Shown: positions 25,987 through 38,100 of the stretch, piece by piece | Layout of the letters: the number at the start of each line of letters is the position of its first letter | How positions within the stretch are numbered: the stretch's first letter is position 1 | From: Amoebophrya sp. A120 | Lineage: Eukaryota; Protista; Dinoflagellata | Direction: 5' to 3' | DNA: 64,000 nt | NCBI GenBank assembly: GCA_905178155.1 | Contig: CAJINV010000008.1 | Coordinates: 3,993,420-4,057,419 of the forward strand | Notes under the pieces: generated by a model | Told to the model about the DNA's origin: nothing | The model's database searches: none | The model's input: only the letters and a program-made list of their open reading frames with translations | Program-made: the position numbers and the translations under genes

Positions 25987-26978
25987 ATGACGCGTATCAA
26001 GTCGAAGTACGGGAAGCGCCTGAGCATCTCTGCGCAGTTGCTGGCTCTGCCGCTAACCTTTCCGGGGGAGGATCATTTAAGTACTTCTTTTCGATTTTTT
26101 CAACATGGAAATGCAAATGGATAAAATTAAAAGTTCTATGCATAATGATGTGTCGCATTTTTCCTTTCGTACACGCCAACACTGATGTAGGGGGACGGTG
26201 ATGTAAGCCAAGAAGCCAAAAACGCGCTCGGGGACAAGATATTAATATACAAGCAGGTTGGTGCGTCAATGCGTACGAGAACTTGCGGGGTACGCAGAAC
26301 ATCCCCCCGCCGGACGATGAGTACGACCGTGCGGCGGGCGTTTCGCTGAGCGATGTGGTGCACGCGGACGGCTCGGTATTGAACTGATTTGCTTACTTTT
26401 TTTCGTTATGCGGATGTTGGATGTAGCTCTGCAGGTGCGTATGGTCATACACCCTTATGGACGATTGGTAGTAAGAGTGGGTGGCCGAGAATCGAATTAG
26501 CATAGAAGTTCGCGCCTCCGGTTGGGAGAGCGATGGGCTACCGAGGTACGTCCGGGGGCGTATCTACATCAATCAATATCAATCGAAATAGAATAATAAC
26601 CAAAATAAACGCAACAACAAACAGGCCTCTGTTTTGGAGAAGGAGCTGGTGAAGAAGACGGGGAAGGATAAGATGGTTGAACAGGAGGAAGCACAAGCGG
26701 GCGGCGTGAGCTCTAGCACTAGCGTGCCGACTGGAGAAATGTTGGAAGCCCGCATCAGACAACTCGCAAAAAAAACGCCTGCGTTGGATGAAGAAGACGA
26801 CCTACCTTTCATCGACGCGTTAAAACGACTTGCTGATCAACTCGAAGAAGTGCAAAAGGCGGGAACAAGGAAACTGAGCCCGGAAGAACACGATATCATC
26901 GTCGCGAGCACAAGAGCCCAGCGAGCGGCCGTGATTTACCGCGGCGACCGCTCCGCGACGGACAATGGTTGGTACTAA
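25987..26978 (+). CDS. Hypothetical protein with canonical introns only; one in-frame TAG at 26498-26500 (mini-intron or pseudogene)
   Basis: Exons 25987-26080, 26257-26375, 26435-26545 and 26625-26978 are phase-compatible via GT-AG introns. Confidence 0.5.
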
Positions 26979-28168
26979 TGGCGCCACTGCCGGTGAGGTG
27001 ACGCAAGGTCGCTCGAGATTTTTAATCATTTTTTGCAAGAGTAAAGAGCAAAGCTGTGCCAAGCTGATTTACAAAAAATTAAGTTACGTGAGATTGACTC
27101 AGCCAGGAATTTACACCCTAAACCTAATATATTAAATTAATTTTTTTATAAATATATTGCTATTTTCGGACAGTGCCCGAGCCGAATTCTGAAAGTTTTC
27201 CCATCTGTTTAACGAGTGTGATATTTTTTCTGTGCAGAATTTAGAATTGTGAATGCCAACGATGTTAATATTTAATTATGTATGCGATTTCGCTTTTCAT
27301 TCTTGAGGAGCTGACTAGGTCTAGAAAAATGGATGTGGTTTAGGTCCTCGTGCAATAGCTTTCATGTCCATGATTGTACAACCGAATCGGTTATTCAGCT
27401 AGGAGCGCGCACCAGGAGTTCCTGGAATTACAATACATAGAGTGAGATGCATGCAGACAGCGGGCGCAGTACTATACAGAGGCTTACTTACTCCGCCAAC
27501 ACTTTCTTCTCGAAATCAAGACCAAAACCAATGTGATCGCTCTTCGTCTTCGTCTTCGAAACTATAATTAAGATATCAGACCCTTCTACTCGTGTTTTTA
27601 GCAAGCCAGTTCCTATTAATAACTCTTCGCTCGTAGAATTGTTTATCTCCTCCTATTTGGCTCTTCCAAAAAACAAAAAGTAGATGCGACGTATGTATAG
27701 ATTTGGCTATGATCATCTATCATGTTGATGTTAATGAATAAGAAAAATGACTCCATTGTGTTTTGGTTCTAGACCAGTGCCATCGCACGCATCAGCCGTA
27801 GCTCAGAGCGTTCATTCTTGCTTGTTCTGTGGCTTCTCTCGGGCGTATTAATTCCAAGATTTTGTTTTGGTGTGGTGGTGGATTGTTGTGCTGCGGTATG
27901 TTTTGCTTCTTGATTGGGGGAGGATGTGGCTCTCACAGCTGCTCACTGAAAAAATATATCAAAATTCATATCGCATATTTGCGGATTCATATGTGGTCAT
28001 CTTCTTCCACACAGAGCAAAAAGCGTAGCCTCGCGCCAGAGTTAGTTTTAGTCAGTTTCCTCAGTGCTAAGTGCGTGAGCAGGTCCGTGAGAAATAAAGA
28101 GGAAAAGAACAACCAAGACGAACAAGCCGCTGCTCGACTCCCTGGAGTTTGAGCGCGCACTACGAGCT

Positions 28169-28418
28169 AGCCGGAGCGATCGCCGCACTATTAACGCCGG
28201 CGACCGCCTGTGCTGCAAAAACAAAACAGCACGCAGCCACAAGAACAACATCAAAATAGATTTAAATAGATTCTACCGAGTAACGCTAATTGTGCAAGAC
28301 TCTTGTTGGAATGCACCATCTACTTACGCAATCTTCATGACGCCTGAAAAATGAGCAAGACAACCGTGGGGGAATTCTTCCGGTGAGGCTCGTTTCGTGT
28401 TCTCGCGTTCTGCTTGTT
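28169..28418 (+). repeat. Dispersed repeat, copy 2
   Basis: Same two blocks as 24994-25493, with a shorter spacer. Confidence 0.7.
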
Positions 28419-29140
28419 GGAATTGTTCCGCTCAAACCTTGCTTTTTACTCAGGTCCGTGACCTTTTTACTTCGGAATGCATTCTGCTACGTGTATGAAT
28501 GTGATGGCGCGTTTTACTAGTAAGCGCTAAAAAATGAGATCTCTGCAGTCTTAGTCTTAGTAGATCAACACTTAATCAACATAATAAAACTTCTGCAGTT
28601 TTTCGATTTCGAAGAAAGACGAAAACCACCACGAAAGGAGGTGTTTAATATTGCTTGACCGTTTTTCTACATTGCACTTGCACCTGTCACACGAAGATCC
28701 TGCGAGTTTGAAGATCCGTGCCCGTTGCTCCGTCTAGGTCTAATCGTGGTTTCGTTAAACTTAAAGAAGGAGAAGCACGTATACGTCTCTCGTTTTATTT
28801 TCAAGTGCGCGGCATGCCTTTCAGTTTCATCCAGTCTACCGTTACACTTTCTTCATCAGTTTCGCTTTTTTCTGTACTTCGAAAAGCTAAACATCTATCA
28901 CTGTGTTTAATTTTTGTCTATGACGTTGTACAACATTTACATCATAAGCCCGAATAATCTGCAGCGCATCCATGGACCATGACACAGACACGGGTCCGTG
29001 TTGTCATGGAGGTTTGATTGTGTGGCCTACTCTTCATTCATCAGATCCATGATAGAAATGTGGCAACCGACTTCGGGTGCCATCGTTTCTTTTTTGCTGG
29101 TAGTTGCGGATGCGCATCGATGATCCTTCAGTAGAAGATA

Positions 29141-32100
29141 ATGAAGAACACATCCCGAGGGGGGGCTCCTGCCGTAAATACAACTGCGGATGTTGTTGAG
29201 CCAAGTTCGGCATCGGCCGGCGCTGATCCCGGTGAGGACGCGGCAAAAAGCAAGCAGGCAAAGGCGAATCGCAAAGAGAACAAAGAGACTGCAGGTCTGG
29301 CAGCTCCATCCTCGCAAGAACCGCGAGGGCGTAAACCGAAAGCAAAGACGGCCCCGAAGAGAACATCATCTTCAAGCAGCGCCATTGCGCCAAAAGCGGC
29401 TGCGGCCGGCGCAGCTGCAGCAGTTCATGATCCTGTGAGTGTGCCATCAGCTGCTTCGATGAAGACGAGCAACAGAAGTCGTGCAGCTAAAAGCAAAAAC
29501 AATGGCTCGTCAACTAGTACCGGCGCGTCAGCCACGAGCAGCTCGTCCACGGCTAGAAAGAAGAAGGATGGATCGCTCCTGGCTGCAAATAATGCCAATC
29601 CGTATTCGAAAGGGCAAACGCAGGATGAGGAAAGCAAATCGGCTCCACCTCGCAGGAGAGGTGGTAAAGTTGATGCAAATAGCACCTCTGGACAACCCCA
29701 CCCGTCGTCCTCGTCGCATGGTGGCAAAGCGAAAGTCAAAGCCAACGCCAGCCGCGTCGAGAATCGCAACCCATCTTCAACTCCGGCGGAAGTGCCAGAA
29801 GTGGTGGAGAGCAGCTCGTCAAATTTCTCGGCTCAACGAGAAGAGGAATTTGAAGCAGCCGAAAATGCTGTTGTTGACGCCCCCGCTGCCTCGCCCTCGT
29901 CCTCGGTGGAAGAGGAAGAGGATGGTCGACCTTCACCCCTTGCCGACGCATCACCTGATGTCCTTGGCGTCCCACCAGCGGCTTCTCCACGTCGAGAGCA
30001 CGAGGAGAATGAAGCCGAAGATGCTCGTGAGCACGAGGACATGGATTCATCTCAAGACCAAGACTACGTCCGAGATGAGGACTCCTCATCTGACGACGCT
30101 AATTCCCTTTCCCTCGATTCCGAAACTTTGTCCTCCTCTTCCGAACCGCAAGAGGAAGTAGATCATGATTCATATATGGACGCTGGCGCTTCGAATAGCG
30201 ACAGCGAAGAAGAAGATGGAGATACAAAGAACAAGCTCAGTCCCAGTGTGTGGGAGGAGTTCGATCGCCATGGCCAGGGGAGCACTGTGGAAGAGAATGG
30301 GTCGGACGAAGTTGAGCAACTACAAGGGGATATGGACAAAAGCTGCACTGAGCAGGGCCAAGGCCAACAAGCAAGAAGTTCGGATGGTGGAGCAAAGAAG
30401 CGTCGCCCTCGATCATCTCCTGAGGAGCTGCAAACGAGCAGAAGAACCACACGAGAAGAGAAGATGTCGGTGACCAGCAGTTCAAGAAATGTTGGCAAAA
30501 GTTCTTCCAGTTCTAAGCAGGTGCGGAAAGTAGAGAACAAAGCAGGACGAGCCGGCTCTGGTGGTAGTTCCTCAAGAAACCACGAGGAAAAAAAGCTGTT
30601 GAAACTCAAAAGCAGCACCGCCACCTCTTCCAGTCGTCGCGTTGAGATTCCGCTGCAACTCCCAACCACCACGACGGACAAAGATATCCGCACCTTGACG
30701 AAAAAAAGCCAGAACAAAACCGGGATCTGCGAGCTCGGCGGAGGAGGTCGCGCGGGCGGCCGTTTCTTGCGAGGCGTGGATGGGAACACGAAGACGGCGG
30801 CCATCAAGCCCTCGTGGCGCGTTTCGCTGAACGTTGTGAAGCGGAGAAACGAGCCCGCGTTTGTGAACTTCGGCCCGCAGATCCAGAAAGTCACGACCGA
30901 ACTTCTCTCTCGCACGGACGCGGTGAACACTGTCGGAGGTGGAGGTGGAGGACCCATGCGTAGCGGGTATAATTTTTACGGCTCGGCGGGTACAACTAGA
31001 AGCGCTCACGGAGCACCAGGGTCCTCAAAGAACGCAAGCAAACTGTTCAACAGCCTATCCTCCCTGGTCGGTGCTGGAATGAACCGGCAGACCGCGACCC
31101 GCAGTGCTGGCGTGTGCGCGCGGTCGATTGTGGAGCGTCTCATGAAGACGGGGCAGTTGACGGATGCGGCGGACTCCCGGTCGCTCGTGCGAGAGCGGCA
31201 CGGAGACAAGGAGAACCTCAGGGACGACCTCTGGCGGCAGGACATGTGGCTGATGCCCGGCGAAGGGGACGACTGCTACGAGGCAGGCGACATGATCGAC
31301 GACGAAGGGGTTGTCGTACCGCACCGACAAGGTGATATCGCTGTAAAGACACGGGTCGAGGAAAACAAGAATCAAAGCAACGGCAAGCAAAAGGAAAATA
31401 GGAGCTTGAAGTTCTCATCCGAGTGTTCTTCCTCCAAGCGGTTCTTGCGCGACAGCGATGCCGAGGCCGAGCGTACTGAGAAAAAACCAGGGGTGGCTAA
31501 GAGAAGAGATGCTGACAGCAGCAAAAAGAATACCAACGGACTTACAGGTACTGCATCCATGGTGGAAGAGGCAGGAGTAGAGGACCTCAATGACGTCGGA
31601 AACAACAGCTGCGATGCTGGTACTGCGACAGCAGCGACTTTAGACGACACTTCTACGACTGCCGTTGCACTACAAAAGGATATGCTGCAGATTGATGGAG
31701 CGGCCTCCAGCCAGGGGGACACAGCCGGGAGGTCAAGGGCATTGGGGAAAGCAGCATCGATTTCCTCCAGGCACAGTCGACGCGGCTATTACATGATGTC
31801 GCCAGAAAAATGCGGCAGCAGGTCTATTCGCCCAAGTCAAACTCAAACTCCAGACAGTGCAGAAGAAGCAAAAAAGTTGAAACATCTAGCTGGTGCAGGG
31901 GCTGGAGGACCACCGCCCAGACAAAATCAAAACGAGGCGCAACGACGTGAGTGCGAGTCTATGAACCGCGGTACTAGCGCCGCCAGCGCCAGGAGCTCGT
32001 CGCTCTTACAAGAAAACTCCGCTAAAAACGAGGTGACGGTACTCCCCCCATACCAGGACCATCTCATTTACGATGACACGTACTGGGAAAATCTGGATTC

Positions 32101-35100
32101 GCTCATTACGGACCCAAACCAGCTAGCCCAGTTCCAGGACAAACGAGCCCAGTTGCTGAAGCAGTTGAGACGAAAGCGGGGGCGCGAATTGATGTTGTTG
32201 CCACCTTCCAGTGCGGCAGATGAGCGGGTCGTGAACTACAACGTCTGCGAACAAGTAGATCATCACTCCCTCCGCGTTTTGACCTCACCGGAGCAGGCTA
32301 ATAACGAAGCTGAGATGGGTCGCAGAGTTCCAAGTCTAAGCGCGAGCTCTTTTCAAACACGACGCTCGGAACGGGTGCGCGCAAACCAGCACTCGGATGA
32401 TCATGATGTTCATCATGAATGCAGAAGGGGGGTCGGCGAAGATACCATGTGGATGAAGAACAACACCGATCTGTCCACAACAAGTGCCAGCGCCGCACAG
32501 CAACTACAGGCGCTGCAACAAAAGACATTTTCGACTCTTCTCGAAGAGCAAGATGAAGTACTAGAGAGTCCTCGCGCACCAGACCGCGACTGCTGTGACC
32601 GCGAGGACGACGGCTTGGGCTTCGTGGTATACCGCAAAAAGGGTCCGCTCTCATTCGTTTTTGAAGAAGAGCGGCTGGGAAAGAACGACCAAAGTTATGG
32701 CTACACTTGCGCGGTGGATCACGAGCATGAGCAAAGGGACGAAGCAGCCTGCCGACAGGAAGAAGATCTGTCTTCGTCACTACCAGCGCAAGAAGATTTT
32801 GAAAGCGACCGAAAACAAGAACACGGCGTAACAGCCCGCGCAGAGGACAACAACGTCGAGAGGTCGGCCACCTCACTACAAGACGTCGATCATCTTCATC
32901 GCGGCGAAAAGGAAATGAACGAAGCTGAAATGAACGAGGCCACGGTCGATCATGTTGCCGCTGACGACCACGTCGAGCAGGACTACAGCAAGCCGTGCGC
33001 AACTGTGGAGGAAGTCGAAGTTGTAGATGACTTTCAGGTAGAACAAGAAGAGCAACATGCTGAGGTTTTTATCGAGTCAATCGCCGACGTGAACAAGCGA
33101 CGCCTGCATCTTGTCGGCAACCGGCTACAGTCGGTGAAAGCGAAGCTCGACCGAGGGGGGACGAACCTGGAGACGCTCGCGAAAACGAAATTAGCTGCGG
33201 TGAAAGACAAATTGTCCAAGGATCGAGATGATAGAAGTTGTAAAGGAACCGCAAATGTTGGGGCGGAAGACGTCGTGAGCAACAACTCGACAACAACACC
33301 TGCTCCGTCAAACTGCGCATCGTCACCGTCATCCACTGTTGGCCCGGCAGGTATTAAAAACAAGACGGCAAACAGAGGAGCCCCCTCGTCCAAAATGTTG
33401 AGCAAGGGCGATGCAGAGAGAACAAATGCAGCCGATTTTCAGGGGTTAACCGCCGAGGTCGATGGCATTGTGGAGGAGGTCGAAAAGCAGATCAAGACGA
33501 TTAAGACGCAGCTAAAAGAGTACGAGGAGGAGAATTCCCACCGCGACCGGCTCTGGCAGGACGCTTTGAACCACGAGAAACTCATCCTGGCGGAGGAATC
33601 CGAAGCGGCCGTGGCCTCGGAAAAAGCGAAGCTGGAGCTCGAGACGAAGGCAAAGGTGAAATTTTGGGAAAAGCAGTACCAGAAGGAGTGCGAAGACTAC
33701 TTGCGCCAATTGAAGTTCGATTGTGACAGCTTGTTTCAGAAACGAATGCAGGAATTGGAAGAGGTACAGTGGGTGTAAAAAATGATTTGCCGTGTTAGTT
33801 TTATGCAGTTCTAGTTTCGTTTTTGGTCTTCGATCGTCACCAGCTTGTTCAAATGATCTTTGTTCGTTCTCATACTTTTGCCTCAACACAGAGACCACAG
33901 AAAAACAAAAACAGGAATACAAGGGCAAGATTGAGCAGCAGATCGCCGCGACGCACGAGTTGTTGCAGCAGACGGCCGCGCTGAAGCAGGCGCGCGATGA
34001 GTTGGAGCAAACGAAGGAGCAGTGGAACGTGGACGCGGACCACTTGTATGAAAACATGCAGAAGGAGGTCGCGGAATACGTGTACCACGACGTGTACCCG
34101 AAGGCATACGAGTTGTTTGACAACTATGCGGAGAAAAAGGTCAAGGAAACGCTCGACGACATGGACCAGCTGAAAAAAAACCACGAATGGATCCGGAAGG
34201 ACCGCGAAAGACACATCCAGTCGCTGCGGGCGGACCTGCAAAAATTCGCAAGAGGATCATCTAATTCCGGGGACGGAGCAGGTGGCAGTTCGTTCAGCCG
34301 CCCATCCACTTCTGCTACAACTTGGGGCAAACCGCGGGGACGGTCACGCGTAGGATCTACCTTCTCGCAACATCATGCGGACAGGGGGGCCGCGCGGAAT
34401 GTTAATGTTGAAGCGCGGCCTACCTCTGAAATAGAACAGGGGACGACGAACAACCACGAAGGTATTGTTCTTGAAAGCGAGGGTGTAGATCAAAGCGCGG
34501 CCGGTGCAGAGTTCTTGCAGACGAATCCTTTGGCCATCCAGCTGGAAAAGGACCAAGCTATGCTGGACGAGATTGAAATCAACATGCTGAGAATTATGGC
34601 CGAAAGGGGCACTACAACTGGGGTTGCCTGGGATGTTCCACCATTCGCCCAAACAAGAGAAGCAGTTCCACACCCAAATATGGCTCGACGGCTCTCGGGC
34701 GGCTCTTCAGATGAAGCAGTGGTTGATGAACACGACGATGATGATGACCTTAAGGAAGATAACGACCAGCAGCACAATAATAATAAAAGGCTCGGACTTC
34801 CTCAGCATTCTCAACATCTGCCCCGGAAAGATAGCGACAGGGCAGGAGCCTTAATGTTGGACGCAGCAACTCTACTCACGCAGGAGAAGTTGCAAGAGCT
34901 GGAGCAAAGACCGCACGACAGTTGTACTAGCGGCGAAGTTTTCTATGATGCTGGTAGAAAGACAAAGAAGAAGGACAATTTCGGGGCTGCTCTCGAGGAG
35001 AAAATCAGTGACATGCAGAAGAAGCACGAAGAAGAGACGAAGAGATTGAAAGCGGCGCTCGACAGTGAAGCGAGTGCGCTCCGGACGTTACGCTTGGCAC

Positions 35101-38100
35101 ACGAGGAGGTCAAGGACTCAAATCAGCTCTTCCGACGAGTGAACGCCGAGCAGAAACAACTGCTCGATTCGCAGCGGCAGGAATTGGACAAGCTGAAGTA
35201 TGAGAATGTGAATGTGCAAGACAAAACCGAGCTGATCCGCAATCTGCAAGAGAAGGAAAGGGAAATCAAAGAGGAGTTGCTGAGGAGCAAGGAGGAGTGC
35301 GATTTCCTGAGCCAGGAGCTCAACGTCGCGGAGAAAAAGATCGAGAACTACTTCGCCAGCGACCTGGCGGGCCAGGAAGTCACGCTGTACAAGAAGCAAG
35401 CGCTGCAGTTGCACACGCTGTTGTACTTAACCAACGTGCTGCACTGGTGCAAAGCCGAGTTGCAAAACGCGCGGTTCTATGCAGGAAAAGACACCCATCC
35501 ACGTCCAATTTGTAATGCAAAGCGCGTATCAAGTTCTATGTTTGTCATGCAAAAAATGGACGGGGACGGGGTTTTTTCTGTGGATAGGTTCTCGTCGGAG
35601 AAGTACGTCTTGGAGCAGCGGAATTTCGGCTACGAGTTGGAAAAAACGAACGAAAAGGTCAAGCAGCTGAAGCTGGATCAGCACGCGTGGCTCCTGGATT
35701 TCGAGCAAAACACGAGGAACTGCCGCCGTCGAGGTGATGAGCAGGCCGGGGTGGACCGAGGGCAAGTAGCAGGTGGGGCCGGCGCGTCGTGGTGCTCTGG
35801 TTGTAAATGCGCCCTTTGTTACTGCCTCGAGATCGATTGGGTCGGAATGCAAGGCACTGCTGGCGAATTGCTGGACCGCGAGCTGTGTGAAGGTCGTGTG
35901 GAAGACGACATGAAGATCCTGAAGAACGAGGCAGCACTAGAAGACAACACCAAAGCGTCGAGTCAAACGGCTGATCTGAAGCAGCAGGCTCGTACTGCAG
36001 TGCGCAAGAACGGCGAGAACAAGGCCGCTGAGAACAATCGTGACAACGAACAAAACGAACTACAACCTCAGAAGCGAAAAAGAAAAAGTGCGGCAGATGA
36101 AATGAAGTCGCAGGAGGGTAGAGTAAAGGACGGCGACATTTCAGCTGCTCGCCGGGATAGGAGCGGCCGAAGGCCCGGAGCAAAGGAGGGCAGCACGTCG
36201 TCGAGGCCGCAAGAAAGGAATTACTATACTAGAGACGTGGAGTCGGCGGGCGGATCTACTGAAACTGCTCGAAGAGGGACGGTCGGCGAACGAAACGCGC
36301 GAACAAACAAGCCACGGCCTTCCGGAGAGCGAAGCAGTAGAGAGAGCATCATGCGTCCTCGCGACAACGCCAAAGATAAACAAGATCAAGAAAGACATCA
36401 CTCCAGAACAACGACGAAGCCCGGAGAAAGAACGAGAAGTCGCGAAAAGGAGAATCCAGCTGGCTCCAAAAGTTGCAAAAACAAGCGCGGACGGAGTAGG
36501 GCAAATGCGACAGCAGTGGCAGCGGATGACGATGAGAAAAATCACAGCAAACGCCGAGAACTAGAGCTAGCTGCTGCAGACCGTAATTCCAGGTACGCAC
36601 GGGAAATCCAGGACGCCGCGGCTAAATATAAAGCAGCTGGTGGGGCAGCCACGAGCACGACTCAACATGAAGGCAACCATACTACGCGGAACAAGACCGC
36701 GCGAGGTGCCAGCTTCGATGCTGCATCTTCTACTTCCGCCGGTTATCGAGGAGCGGCACATGAAAAAAGCGGTCGCGGCTCCTCACACGCCCGAGAAAGC
36801 GGAGTAGAAACCAGGTCGGGGAACTACACGCGGAACAACGCCTCGTCCCGTGCAGTTCTTGGCCGAAGCCGATACGACATTCCAGAATTGGAGAACGAAG
36901 CCGGTATTGACACGCACCGTCGAACTTTCAGAACCGCGGGTGTAGAAGCTGCGAGGTCGCCGAAGCGCCGCAGGATCGATCATGTTGATAAAAATTCGAG
37001 GGACACGGCGACCAGCGCTTCTGCGGTCCTCGTGCAAGAAGCAAAGGGAAGCGGTACAACTGTGCCTTCTTCGAACACTGTGAGCGCCTCTTCACGTTCA
37101 TCTCGGGCTGCGAACGTGGTAAGTAAGCACCAAGATCGTGAAGGTCATCTACCACCTGCCGACGATGACGATCCGCCCCTTTTCCCGACAGAAGCTTCCA
37201 TCTTTTGCAGTTACCTCAACCTATGCATTGCAAAAGTATCGTAGTACAAGTTGTACTCGTATAAATGCAATACAAATAATTTCCTCAGCATGAGAAATCA
37301 AATAATTTTTCATGCGGATTTACCTATAGGAAAAAAATGACTGCAGCTACTACGAGTGCGATACTTTTGCACAGGATACAACCCGGACGCGGGCGATTTT
37401 CGAGAGGAAGTCGACCGTAGGATTGAAAAGACAAAGTCTATGGATTGTGATTATGTCTGGGTCTGGGAGATTGCGAGATTTGTCATGCTAGTCCGGCATG
37501 ACTGTGAACTCTGTATTGCGTGCCCACAAAAAGGTCCTCCTGTCTGTCATGCAAAAACGCAGTTTATCATTTTATCATGCGGAGTATGCAAGCAAGTCTG
37601 AACCATGGAAAAACTTGTCATGCTCGGGAGCGCATTCCAGTGTACTCACTAGTCCCTTCCTTGCGTCACAAGTTTCCAGACCCAGACATGTTTGCAATCC
37701 ATAAAGTCCCGCGCGGTGCGAAATGTCTATCGCCAGTTGAAGTATAGTGCTGACGAAGGGCTGAACAAGGAGAAGAGGGAGGAGAGCTGCGACCCTGCTG
37801 AAACAGCAACATCAAGAGACCACAAGCACAGAACAAAAGCCGAGGCAATAAAGCAGGGCGAGGAGCTTTTGAAAAGCGTGAGCTCCATGTTTACCGATGA
37901 GCACGTAGCAGGCTGGATGCAGGACACACTCGTGCGGATTGTGAACAACTTGATAGCTTGTAAAGACGACAGGTCTGCTGGTGCTCGTGCCGTTGTGGGC
38001 GGCTCCACTACATCATCAACATCCAGAGCGAAGCTACTTACGTGTAGTTCTCCCGGGTATGAACGGACAACATACAATTTGACCCCAAAACGAGCATATA

